Source: an uncultured Iamiaceae bacterium | GTDB lineage: Bacteria > Actinomycetota > Acidimicrobiia > Acidimicrobiales > Iamiaceae | Length of the DNA: 59,341 nucleotides | Assembly: GCA_964416885.1 (NCBI GenBank) | Contig: CAYQGF010000001.1 | Coordinates: 1-59,341, forward strand | Direction of reading: 5' to 3' | Shown here: piece by piece, positions 30,155-39,378 of the stretch | Position numbering within the stretch: position 1 is the first letter of the stretch | Layout of the letters: each line of letters opens with the position of its first letter | Position numbers and translations under genes: made by a program | Notes under the pieces: model-generated | Database searches by the model: none | What the model was told of the DNA's origin: nothing | Seen by the model: only the letters and a program-made list of their open reading frames with translations

Positions 30155-30799
30155 ATGACGACACTCGACGTGCTGCTGCTGGAAGCCACCCCCGGCGACG
30201 GGGCCGACGACGCTCTGCGGCTCGAGGCCGCCGGCCACCGGGTGCACCGGTGTTTCGACCCCGAAGCGCCGGTCGACGCGTCGGGCTGGCGTCCCTGCCT
30301 CGCCCTGACCGACGGGCAGTGCCCGCTCGACGGCCACATCGACGTGGCCCTCCTCGCCCGCCAGGGCATCGCGCCCCGGCCCGGCCCCGGTGAGATCGGG
30401 GTCCGGTGCACGGTGCGGGCCGGGGTGCCGCTCGTCGAGGACGGCGGCGACCTGCTCGACCCGTTCGCGCCCTGGGTCGACTTCCGCACCGACGGACGTT
30501 CGGTCGTCGCGGCGTGCGAGGAGACCGTCCGCGAGGCGCTGGGCCCCGTCCGTGACCGGCTCCAGGAGCTGTGCGGCCGGTTGCTGGAGGCGCAGGGCGC
30601 GGCGGCGGGGGACCTCCGGGTCCGGGCCGAGCGCGACGGCGACCACCTCTCCGTCGTGGTGACCGGTCCGGCCCTCCCGCCCACCACCGCCCGAGCCGTC
30701 TGCGACCGGGCGCTCACGGCCCTGCGGGAGCTCCCGCGGCGCTATGCCGTGGTCGACGTCAGCTACGAGGCCGCCGAGCTGGCCGCGGCTCCCGCCTGA
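30155..30799 (+). CDS. hypothetical Cys-rich protein
   Basis: VHRC..PC......CPLDG..VRC; GC3-biased ORF. Confidence 0.75.
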   Translation: MTTLDVLLLEATPGDGADDALRLEAAGHRVHRCFDPEAPVDASGWRPCLALTDGQCPLDGHIDVALLARQGIAPRPGPGEIGVRCTVRAGVPLVEDGGDLLDPFAPWVDFRTDGRSVVAACEETVREALGPVRDRLQELCGRLLEAQGAAAGDLRVRAERDGDHLSVVVTGPALPPTTARAVCDRALTALRELPRRYAVVDVSYEAAELAAAPA

Positions 30800-30810
30800 G
30801 CGGCGGGCCC

Positions 30811-31608
30811 ATGACCCGCCGCCTCGTGGTGGGCGTCGCCGCGGTCCTCGGCCTCGTCGCGGTCGCGGGCGCCTGGCTGCTGTGGCCCCGGGGCACCACC
30901 GAGGTCACCGAGCAGGAGGCGCTCGACGACTTCCGTGACCGGGCCTCGACCACCGGGGGCCCGGTGGCGCCCTCGACCGCACCGGTGCCCGCCGCGGGCG
31001 TCTACACCTATCGGGCCGAGGGGCAGGAGGAGGTCAAGCTCGGGCCGCTCCCGGCCGAGACCCGGCCCCTCCCCGAGACGGTCACGGCCATCGTCGTCGC
31101 AACCGACCGGGGCGGGGACCGCGACTGCTTCACCCTCACCGTCAACCTCTTCGCCGAGCACACCGAGGACACGACCTACTGCGTCGACGGGGCCGGCCGG
31201 CTCACCCTCGACCGGCACGTCAAGCACCAGCAGATCGGTCCCGTGGCCCCGACCGCCGAGATGACCTGCGACCCGTCCACCCTGTTCGACCCGGACGAGG
31301 AGACCACGACGGTCGGCTGCACCCTCGACCTCACCGGCGGCCCGACCGCGGTGCGCGCCTCGCTCACCGGGACGGCGACCGCCGCCCCGACCGAGCCGCT
31401 GACGGTCGGCGCCGACGAGGTCGAGGCACTCCCGCTCACCGTCAGCTACGAGGTCAGCGGCGACCTCTCGGGCACCTGGACCGAGACCCTCTGGCTCGCC
31501 CCCGACCACCTCCCCGTGCGGATCGAGCGGGCGCTCGACCTCTCCGGCCCGGCGACCTTCACCGAGCGCTCGACGCTCGACCTGCTCGACCTGGCCCCGT
31601 CCACCTGA
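30811..31608 (+). CDS. hypothetical secreted/membrane-anchored beta-rich protein
   Basis: N-terminal TM segment, PAAGVYTYRAEGQE, four Cys. Confidence 0.8.
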   Translation: MTRRLVVGVAAVLGLVAVAGAWLLWPRGTTEVTEQEALDDFRDRASTTGGPVAPSTAPVPAAGVYTYRAEGQEEVKLGPLPAETRPLPETVTAIVVATDRGGDRDCFTLTVNLFAEHTEDTTYCVDGAGRLTLDRHVKHQQIGPVAPTAEMTCDPSTLFDPDEETTTVGCTLDLTGGPTAVRASLTGTATAAPTEPLTVGADEVEALPLTVSYEVSGDLSGTWTETLWLAPDHLPVRIERALDLSGPATFTERSTLDLLDLAPST

Positions 31609-31648
31609 CCTCAGCCGCCTGACCTCGGCCACCTGACCTCACGGTCCG

Positions 31649-33718
31649 TCAGCGTTGGGCCTCCCACTCGGCGTGGAGGCGCGCCAGCTCCGGCCCCATC
31701 CACGCCGCCGCGTCGCGGGCCGCCTCCTCGTCGAGGTGGACCCCGTCGGGCCGCAGCTCCCGGTCGTCGCCCTGATCGGCCACCCACGCCGCCAGGTCGA
31801 CCGTCGCCACATCGGGACGGTCGTCGGCGGCCTCCTGCACGAGCTCGTTGAACCGGCGCATGCGGGCCGGGTCGTTCTCGGGCCGCGCCCGGTCGGGGGA
31901 GCGTCCGTCGACCCGACCGATCTCGACGGGGGGCGAGAGGGCGAACACGACGAGGTCGGTGTGGGGGGCGAGGGCGTCGATGCCCCGGTCGATCCGGCGC
32001 CGGAGCAGGTCGTCGATGCGGGGGTCGCCGACGGCGGCCTCCTCGTCGAAGCCGGCCGGGCGCAGGTCGAGGACGTCCCAGGCGCCCAGCATGACCACCG
32101 CCACCTGGGGCGAGGAGCCCGCTGCGGCGGCGGCCCATCCGTCCCACCACTCGTGGCACTCCTCGGGGGCCTCGACCCAGCGGCCGGCCTGGCGCCGGAC
32201 GCCGTCGTCGACGAGGCCGCAGCCGAGCTGGGCCCAGCCCTCGACGGGCACGAGCGTCGCCTCACCGGTGTCGGCGAAGGTGGTCTCCGCCCAGGTGGAG
32301 AGGGCGAGACCGTTGACGAGGGCGGTCGAGTCCCCGAACGAGGCGACCGTCGGCGCGCCGGTGGCCTCCAGCCGGGCCCGCAGCTCGCTCAGCTCGACGA
32401 AGCGGTCCACGTCCTGCTGGTCGGGGCCGGTCGCCCCCACGGTCCCGGTGCGCTCGGCCGCGTCGAGGGCGGCGGCGAAGTCGTAGCCCTCGTCGGCGGG
32501 CCGCCACGCCGAGACCGCCACGACCAGGGCGAGCGTGGCGGCCATCGACACCGGGACCGCCCACCGGGCGGTCGGCGCCACGACCCGGCGGCCGTCGCGG
32601 ATCGGGCGTTCGAGGTACCGGTACGACAGGGCGGCCAGGGCGGTCGCGACCGGGAGGGCCACCGCGAGCCGCCCGAGCGGGGGCAGGCCGGTGTGGACGT
32701 CGAGCCACACCAGGATCGGCCAGTGGAACAGGTAGACGCCGTAGGACACGACGCCGAGGGCCACCAGCGGCCGGGCGCTGAGCACCCGGTCGACGAGGCC
32801 GCCCTCGATCACCGCCGCCAGCACCGCGAGCGTCAACAGGGAGGTGAGGGCCAGGCCGCCCTGGTAGAGCAGCCTCTGGTCGAGCGTCACCGTCGTCCAC
32901 AGCACCACCATGACCACCAGGGCGACGGCACCGGCGGCCCGCACCAGGCGCCGCACCGCGTCCGACAGCCGGGCCGGGCCCTGCCCCCACCATGCGGCCA
33001 GGACGGCCCCGGCGAGGAGCTCCGCGGCCCTCGTGTCGGTGCCGAAGTACACCCGGTCGGTGGGCGCGCCACCGCGGACCAGCACGATCGACCACACCAC
33101 CGACGCCAGGGCGACGACGGCGAGGGCGGCGACGATCACCCGGCCCCGCCCCCGGGCGACGGCGATCACCCCCAGCAGCAGGAGGGGGAAGCCGACGTAG
33201 AACTGCTCCTCGATGCTCAGCGACCAGAAGTGGACGAACGGCGAGGGCGTGCTGAACAAGGAGCCGTAGGTGTCGCCCAGGCCGACGAAGCGCCAGTTGG
33301 CCACGTAGAGGAGGGAGGCGATGGCGTCGCCCCGCATCCGGGCCAGTTGGGTGGAGTCGGCCAGCGCGGCCCCGGCCAGCACGGTGCCGGCGATGGCGAC
33401 GAGGGCGGCCGGGAGGAGGCGGCGGAGCCGGCGGCTCCAGAACCGGGTGAGCGAGATGCGCCCGGTGGCCGACCGCTCCCCCAGCAGCACCGTGGTGATG
33501 AGGAAGCCGGACAGCGTGAAGAACGTCGACACGCCGAGGAAGCCGCCCGAGGCCCGGCCCAGGCCGGCGTGGTACAGCACCACCGCGAGGACGGCGACGC
33601 CCCGCAACCCGTCGAGCCCGGGCCGGTACCCCAGGCGGAACGGCGCGGGGGCCGGCGGGCCCGCGGCGGTGCGCTCGCTCCGTTCGCTCTCGATCGGCAC
33701 GCTGCCCGATGGTGGCAC
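31649..33718 (-). CDS. acyltransferase-3 / SGNH fusion (OatA-like O-acyltransferase)
   Basis: YRPGLDGLRGVAV, FFTLSGFLIT, HFWSLSIEEQFY, YFGTDTR, then FGDS and DGVH. Confidence 0.93.
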   Translation of the reverse strand: MPPSGSVPIESERSERTAAGPPAPAPFRLGYRPGLDGLRGVAVLAVVLYHAGLGRASGGFLGVSTFFTLSGFLITTVLLGERSATGRISLTRFWSRRLRRLLPAALVAIAGTVLAGAALADSTQLARMRGDAIASLLYVANWRFVGLGDTYGSLFSTPSPFVHFWSLSIEEQFYVGFPLLLLGVIAVARGRGRVIVAALAVVALASVVWSIVLVRGGAPTDRVYFGTDTRAAELLAGAVLAAWWGQGPARLSDAVRRLVRAAGAVALVVMVVLWTTVTLDQRLLYQGGLALTSLLTLAVLAAVIEGGLVDRVLSARPLVALGVVSYGVYLFHWPILVWLDVHTGLPPLGRLAVALPVATALAALSYRYLERPIRDGRRVVAPTARWAVPVSMAATLALVVAVSAWRPADEGYDFAAALDAAERTGTVGATGPDQQDVDRFVELSELRARLEATGAPTVASFGDSTALVNGLALSTWAETTFADTGEATLVPVEGWAQLGCGLVDDGVRRQAGRWVEAPEECHEWWDGWAAAAAGSSPQVAVVMLGAWDVLDLRPAGFDEEAAVGDPRIDDLLRRRIDRGIDALAPHTDLVVFALSPPVEIGRVDGRSPDRARPENDPARMRRFNELVQEAADDRPDVATVDLAAWVADQGDDRELRPDGVHLDEEAARDAAAWMGPELARLHAEWEAQR

Positions 33719-33776
33719 ACCGACCCCGGCGCGCAGGAGGCGCCCCGGGGCCGACGCCGGGTGACCGGCGGCCCGT

Positions 33777-34382
33777 TCAGGGGGCGGGGGCGAGAGGGGG
33801 GCGGTCGAGGACCCGGGGCCGGTACTCGACGAGCTGGATGCTCCCGTCGAAGGTGCGGTGCTCGGTCATCTCGAGGGCGACGTCGGGGTAGCCGTCGTAG
33901 ATGCGTTCCGCGCCCGTGGCCCCGGTGATGACCGGGAACATCACGACCCGGAAGCGGTCGACGAGCCCGGCGCGCAGCAGCGACCGAGCCAGGCGGAGGC
34001 TGCCGAGCGTGCTGAGGATGCCGTCGGCGCCCTCCTTCAGGGCCCGGACCGCCTCGACCGCGTCGTCGGGCACGAGCGTGGCGTTCGCCCACGAGAGGGG
34101 CTCGTCGAGGGAGGACGAGAACACCACCTTGGGGGCGCGGGTGAGGGCGTCGACCGACCCCGCCTCGTCGGCGGTGAGCTCGTCCGAGCCCGCCGGGCCG
34201 GCCCCGGCCGCGAACCCCGACATCAGGCGGTAGGTGGTGGCCCCCATCAGGTAGGTGACCTCGGGCTGCTCGCCCAGCCAGGCCAGGTACTCCGGCCCCT
34301 CGAGGCCCCAGAAGCCGGGCCACCCCTCCCCCGACGCGCATCCGTCGAGGGAGGTGATGAAGTCGACGAGCAGTTCGGCCAT
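33777..34382 (-). CDS. dihydrofolate reductase family (RibD C-terminal-like)
   Basis: FITSLDG, YLMGATTY, PKVVFSSSL, GLVDRFRVVMFPVITG. Confidence 0.9.
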   Translation of the reverse strand: MAELLVDFITSLDGCASGEGWPGFWGLEGPEYLAWLGEQPEVTYLMGATTYRLMSGFAAGAGPAGSDELTADEAGSVDALTRAPKVVFSSSLDEPLSWANATLVPDDAVEAVRALKEGADGILSTLGSLRLARSLLRAGLVDRFRVVMFPVITGATGAERIYDGYPDVALEMTEHRTFDGSIQLVEYRPRVLDRPPLAPAP

Positions 34383-34499
34383 CGGTCGCGTCCTTGTCCT
34401 GGGATGGGGCTGCCGTCCGTCACCACCTCACGGCGGGCTCGGGACGTCGGAAGGTGGACGGGCCGCGGGCCGCGAACTCATCGCGCCGCGGCGCGGTGC

Positions 34500-35906
34500 T
34501 CAGCCGCCCGCGACGACCGGTGGCTCGTCGAGGTCGCGGTCGGCCGCGGCTGCGGTCCGATGGACCAGCAGCTCTGCGGCCCCGATCAGGGCGACGACGA
34601 GGAGCAGGCCCCACCAGGAGAGGTCGAACCACCAGAGCGAGGCGACGAGGCCGGCGGCGCCGGCCCACTGGAGGGCGCTGAGGTTCCGCCGGACCCAGGC
34701 GACCGTCGTGTCCTGTCGAGCGACGTCGCCCGCGGCGCTGGACGCGGTCACGGCGAGGCCGGCGACGGTGCGCCGCGTCGCCGCCATCCACGGGTAGGGA
34801 CCGGTCACGACGAGGACCGCGGCCACCGCGGCGAGGCCGATGAGCACCCAGCCGGTGGTCCCGAGCAGCGGGTCGAGGAAGGCCCGGAGGACGACGTCGA
34901 CGGCGGCCGCGTTGGTCGCGTCCGGCACCAGGCCGACGATGTCCGACGTCGCCCGCAGCGCCAGCCGGCGCGCCAGCACGAGGGCCAGCGCGAGGGCGAC
35001 GAGGACCTGGAGCCCGGTACGACGCCGGCGCCGGGACAGCGCCAGGGCGGCGATCGGCGCCGCCACGGCGAGGGCGATCGAGAGCGGGAGCAGGCGGTCG
35101 AAGGCCCGAACACCCCTCTGCACCGTGCCGAGCGCCTCCTCGTCGTAGATCGTGATGGTGCCGAAGTCGTCGTCGAGCTCGACGCCGAGGGCGTCGGCGA
35201 GCCGCTGCCGGGCGACCCCGGGGAGGTCGTCGAAGGTGATCTCGGGGATGTCGACGGTGCGGCCGAACAGCTCGGGGCTCACCGTGGCGATCCGGGCGAG
35301 GATGGCGTCCACGATCGGGATGACGTTGATCGAGACGGTGCCATCGGAGGCGTCGACCACGGCGCCCGAACGCCCGCGGAGGGCCGCCACCGAGGCCCGG
35401 TGGGCCCGCTCCATCGCCGTCGTCCACATCTCGTGGAACCGTTCGCTCGCCACGAACCCGAGCACCCGGTCGTGGACGAACTCCCGGAGGGCGAGGGCCA
35501 GGGGGGCGGCGAGCACCTGGCCCCGCTCGGGGAGCGCCGACTCGAACAGCGCCTCGGGGTCGACCAGGGCGACGACCTGGTCGGTGAGCACCGTCGAGAT
35601 CGACTGCTGGACGGCCGGGTCCTCGATCGTCGGCCCCACCCGGTCGACCCAGACGTCGGTCTCCAACAGGTTCCGGTTGGCCCAGAAGGCGAGGGTGGCG
35701 GCGAGCATCGACACACAGCTCAGGACGACGAGCGCGCCGACGGCCACCCGCCGGGCCCGGCCCCCGTGCACCCGACGCTCCAGCACCGCGGCCTCGGCCG
35801 TCAGCCGGTCGCGCTCGGCCCGCAACCGGTCGACCTCGGTGGCCAGGGCGTCCCGCTCGGCCTCCACCACGGTCACCGGCTCTTCGGGGGGCAGCTCACC
35901 GCTCAC
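34500..35906 (-). CDS. hypothetical integral membrane protein
   Basis: N-terminal coiled coil, TM segment, extracellular region, several C-terminal TMs. Confidence 0.8.
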   Translation of the reverse strand: MSGELPPEEPVTVVEAERDALATEVDRLRAERDRLTAEAAVLERRVHGGRARRVAVGALVVLSCVSMLAATLAFWANRNLLETDVWVDRVGPTIEDPAVQQSISTVLTDQVVALVDPEALFESALPERGQVLAAPLALALREFVHDRVLGFVASERFHEMWTTAMERAHRASVAALRGRSGAVVDASDGTVSINVIPIVDAILARIATVSPELFGRTVDIPEITFDDLPGVARQRLADALGVELDDDFGTITIYDEEALGTVQRGVRAFDRLLPLSIALAVAAPIAALALSRRRRRTGLQVLVALALALVLARRLALRATSDIVGLVPDATNAAAVDVVLRAFLDPLLGTTGWVLIGLAAVAAVLVVTGPYPWMAATRRTVAGLAVTASSAAGDVARQDTTVAWVRRNLSALQWAGAAGLVASLWWFDLSWWGLLLVVALIGAAELLVHRTAAAADRDLDEPPVVAGG

Positions 35907-35980
35907 CCCACCACCCCATCACACCGTGTCGGTCGCCACACACTCGGCCCCGTCCCGTCGTGACGGCCCTGCGGCACCGG

Positions 35981-36925
35981 TCAGCCCTCGCCCTCGACCA
36001 GCCACCGCACCCACCGCCGACCGGCGAGCAAGCGCAGGGCCGGCAGGCGGAGGACCGCCTCGGGCCACCGGTCGCTGTGTTCGTGGACCACGGCATTGAG
36101 CTGGATCGACAGGATCACCACCCGTCCGACCAGGAAGAACCACCCGAGCACCACCACCGCGGACCCGATCGCGCCGTAGAGGGCGGACGCCCGGTGGAAG
36201 AGCCTCGGCAGGTAGAGCTGGCTCACGGCCTGCAGGCCGACGATGGCGGCGGCGACGGCGACCGCGCCCGGGAGCAGGGAGGCCCGGGCGGCCGACGCGG
36301 CTCGGGGGAGCTGGGCCAGGACCACCGTCCAGACGACGACGTACATCGCCACCGCGCCCAGGTACGACACGCCGGCCAGGCCGATGCCCGTGCGGTCGAA
36401 CGCGACGTTGACACCCATCGAGGTGAGCGCGATGCCGACGAGCGTCCCGATGAACGCGCCCAGGATCCGGGCCGACGCCCGCGCCCGCACCGGGATCCGC
36501 CAGGCCAGGCACGACGCCTGCATCATCGCCCGGCTCAGCACCCGGCCGGTCGTCAGCATGCCGACGAGCCCGCTGAGCAGGGCGATCCAGCGGGTCTGCG
36601 ACGGCTGCTCCAGGGCGGCCTGCACCTGGTCCGCGAGCTGACCGGTCACACCGACGTCGTCGAGGCGGTCCTCCTGGAGGTACCCGTGGGCGAAGCCGAC
36701 CAGCCCGACGAGGGTCAGGACCAGGGGCACGAAGAACGTGAAGAGCCGCATGCCGAGGGCGGCCCCGACGACCGAGCCGGCGATCTCCTGGTCCCGCTCG
36801 TACAGCCGGAGGGGCACGTCGACCACCGCGCTCCCCCGGCGGGCGTCGACCCACGTCGTCACCGTCTCCTGGGCCCGGTGACGACGCGCCGCCCCCGCGC
36901 CCTCGCCCGGCCCCCGCTCCCCCAA
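35981..36925 (-). CDS. YihY/BrkB-family membrane protein
   Basis: FTFFVPL, LLPGAV, ALYGAIGSAVVVLGWFF; true start may be GTG 36862. Confidence 0.8.
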   Translation of the reverse strand: MGERGPGEGAGAARRHRAQETVTTWVDARRGSAVVDVPLRLYERDQEIAGSVVGAALGMRLFTFFVPLVLTLVGLVGFAHGYLQEDRLDDVGVTGQLADQVQAALEQPSQTRWIALLSGLVGMLTTGRVLSRAMMQASCLAWRIPVRARASARILGAFIGTLVGIALTSMGVNVAFDRTGIGLAGVSYLGAVAMYVVVWTVVLAQLPRAASAARASLLPGAVAVAAAIVGLQAVSQLYLPRLFHRASALYGAIGSAVVVLGWFFLVGRVVILSIQLNAVVHEHSDRWPEAVLRLPALRLLAGRRWVRWLVEGEG

Positions 36926-37099
36926 CGTTCAGCCGATGTCGGTCGGGGCGAGGGGCGTGTGGCTCTGGAGCATCGATCTCCCCCGCTGGTGGGCGCGTCG
37001 CACCGTCGACCGACGGCGCGGTCACGGTACCCCTCGGCCGCGCCGGGACGAGCGATCGATGGGTCGGCCCGCCCGGTGACGGCGGGCCCGATCCGATGC

Positions 37100-37130
37100 T
37101 TGACCCTGACGCGAGGTCAGGTCGTACGGT
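37100..37130 (+). promoter_or_regulatory. MerR-type promoter/operator
   Basis: TTGACC-19 nt-TACGGT with dyad CCTGAC-N5-GTCAGG; ATG 6 nt after the -10 (leaderless). Confidence 0.85.
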
Positions 37131-37136
37131 CGCCGC

Positions 37137-38420
37137 ATGGAGGCGACCCGGTACACCATCGGCGAGCTGGCCGGCGCGACCGGCCTGACCGTCCGGTCGC
37201 TGCACCACTACGACCGCATCGGCCTCCTGCGGCCCCGCGATCGCTCCCCGTCGGGCTATCGGCTGTACGGCAGCGAGGAGGTCCAACGCCTCTACCGCAT
37301 CGTGGCCCTGCGTCAGCTCGGGCTCGGCCTGAAGGAGATCGACGCCGCGCTGGCCGGGGACTGGGCCGACCTGCGCGACGCCATCGCCCGCCACCTGGCC
37401 GAGGTGCAGCGGCAGGTGGAGCTCGGCCGCTCCCTCGAACGCAAGCTGCGGCGCCTCCTCGACCAGGCCGACCGCCACCAGGACCTCACCAACGAACAGA
37501 TCATCGACGCAATGGAGACCATCGTGACATCGCTCGCCCCCCTCTACTCCGGCAAGGTCCGCGACCTCTACGACGCGGGGGACGGTCGTGTGCTGTTCGT
37601 CGCCTCGGACCGCATGTCGGCCTTCGACGTCGTGATGGCCGACCCGGTCCCCGACAAGGGCCGCGTGCTCACGGCCATGACCGCCTTCTGGCTCGACCAG
37701 CTCGACGACCTGGCGCCCAACCACCTCATCTCGGTCGACGTCGCCGACTACCCGGCCGACGTCGTGGCGAGCGTGCCGGGCGGCGAGGCGGAGCTGAGGG
37801 GCCGGTCCATGCTGGTCCGCCGGGCCGAGATGCTGCCGATCGAGTGCATCGTGCGCGGCTACCTCACGGGGTCGGCGTGGAAGGAGTACCGGGCGAGCGG
37901 GACCATGCACGGCACGCCGCTGCCGGCCGGGCTGCAGGAGTCCTCGAAGCTGCCCGAGCCGGTGTTCACCCCTTCGACCAAGGCGGCCGCCGGCCACGAC
38001 GAGAACATCTCCTTCGAGGCGGCCTGCGACCTCGTCGGCGCCGACCGGGCGAACGAGGCTCGCGAGCTGTCGTTGGCGGCCTACGAGCGGGGCGCCGCCC
38101 TGGCGGCCGAGCGCGGGATCATCATCGCCGACACCAAGTTCGAGCTCGGGGTCATCGACGGACGCCTCGCGCTGTGCGACGAGGTGTTGACCCCCGACTC
38201 GTCGCGGTTCTGGCCGGCCGACGAGTGGGAGCCCGGCCGCCCGCCGCCCTCGTTCGACAAGCAGCCGCTGCGGGACCACCTCGAGGCGCTCGGCTGGGAC
38301 AAGACGCCGCCGCCCCCTCCCCTGCCGGCCGACGTGGTCGAGGCGTCCCGCGACCGCTATGTGACCGCCTACGAGCGCATCACCGGCCTGCGCTTCGCCG
38401 ACTGGCTCCTCACGGGCTGA
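37137..38420 (+). CDS. purC: MerR-family regulator fused in frame to SAICAR synthetase
   Basis: N-terminal YTIGELA..GLTVRSLHHYDRIGLL..SGYRLY; C-terminal SGKVRDLY, SDRMSAFD, ECIVRGYLTGS, ADTKFELG, DEVLTPDSSRFW, FDKQ. Confidence 0.93.
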   Translation: MEATRYTIGELAGATGLTVRSLHHYDRIGLLRPRDRSPSGYRLYGSEEVQRLYRIVALRQLGLGLKEIDAALAGDWADLRDAIARHLAEVQRQVELGRSLERKLRRLLDQADRHQDLTNEQIIDAMETIVTSLAPLYSGKVRDLYDAGDGRVLFVASDRMSAFDVVMADPVPDKGRVLTAMTAFWLDQLDDLAPNHLISVDVADYPADVVASVPGGEAELRGRSMLVRRAEMLPIECIVRGYLTGSAWKEYRASGTMHGTPLPAGLQESSKLPEPVFTPSTKAAAGHDENISFEAACDLVGADRANEARELSLAAYERGAALAAERGIIIADTKFELGVIDGRLALCDEVLTPDSSRFWPADEWEPGRPPPSFDKQPLRDHLEALGWDKTPPPPPLPADVVEASRDRYVTAYERITGLRFADWLLTG

Positions 38421-39303
38421 GCCGCTCCGCGTCGGCGAGCTGCGCGTCGCCGTGCGGCTGGTGGTCGACGACCCGGCACCAGAGGCCCGAGAGCACCCGT
38501 TCGGCGGTGCCCCACTCCCAGATGGCCGTGCGATCGCAGCCGGTCGAGGCCGCCAGCCAGTCGGCTCGCTCGTGGAGGTCGTCCTCGCCCGGCGCATTGC
38601 GCATGAGCACGCCGAGGTCGTACTCCGGCTCGGCCACGACCCCTTCGGGGTCGACGAGCCGGAACCCGCCTTCCTCGGCCCGGAGCGCGTTCAGCTCGTG
38701 CAGGTCGCCGTGGCACAGGACGGCGCGGGCGTCGTCGTGGGCGGCGGCGCGGCGTTCCGCGCTGGTGATCGCGTCGGCGAGGACGCGTTCGGAACACGCC
38801 CGGTGGCTCTGCTCCCACACCTGCTCGAGGCGTTCGACCATCCACCGCGCCCGCTCCGAGCCGCGCTGCAGGCGAACGTTCGGGTCGACGGGTCGCCACA
38901 GGTGCTGCACGGCGTCGAGCAAGAGCTCGTGGCGCGGCCGGCGCGGCACCCCGAGGTCGTACATCGACGGCCCCAGCCGCTCGAGCAGCAGGGCGCGGCG
39001 CTCCAGGTCCGCGTCGAACAGTCGCACGCAGCCGTCGCCGTCGGCGAGGTGGAGGACGCTCGCCTCGCACGCGAGCTTCTCGGCGTCGCCCGGCGGTGCG
39101 AGCTTGAGCACGGCGGCGGTGCCATCGGCCGTCGTCGCCTCGACGACGAGCGCGTTCATGCCGAAGCCGTCGTACGAACGCCCGATGGCGAGCGACCACA
39201 CCGACGCCATCTCGCTCACGAGCTCGGGCAGCGCTTCGAGCCACGCGACCTCGCCCGCCGCGGTCCGGGCCTTGCGCAACGAGGGCGGGACCTCGATCGT
39301 CAC
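38410..39303 (-). CDS. aminoglycoside/hydroxyurea phosphotransferase family (APH(6)-like)
   Basis: AVLKL, ALLLERLG, LCHGDLHELNAL, LVDPEG...EPEYDLG. Confidence 0.88.
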   Translation of the reverse strand: MTIEVPPSLRKARTAAGEVAWLEALPELVSEMASVWSLAIGRSYDGFGMNALVVEATTADGTAAVLKLAPPGDAEKLACEASVLHLADGDGCVRLFDADLERRALLLERLGPSMYDLGVPRRPRHELLLDAVQHLWRPVDPNVRLQRGSERARWMVERLEQVWEQSHRACSERVLADAITSAERRAAAHDDARAVLCHGDLHELNALRAEEGGFRLVDPEGVVAEPEYDLGVLMRNAPGEDDLHERADWLAASTGCDRTAIWEWGTAERVLSGLWCRVVDHQPHGDAQLADAERLSP

Positions 39304-39378
39304 GCCGACCGTCGTCGCCCCCACAGCGCCCGGCCGCCGACGAGCGGGCCGGCCCCGCTCGGACAGGGGCGGCACCGC

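Noticed and set aside
31602..31643. Three 14-nt period repeats containing CCTGACCTC
   Set aside because: Short, between convergent stop codons, and no supportable function.
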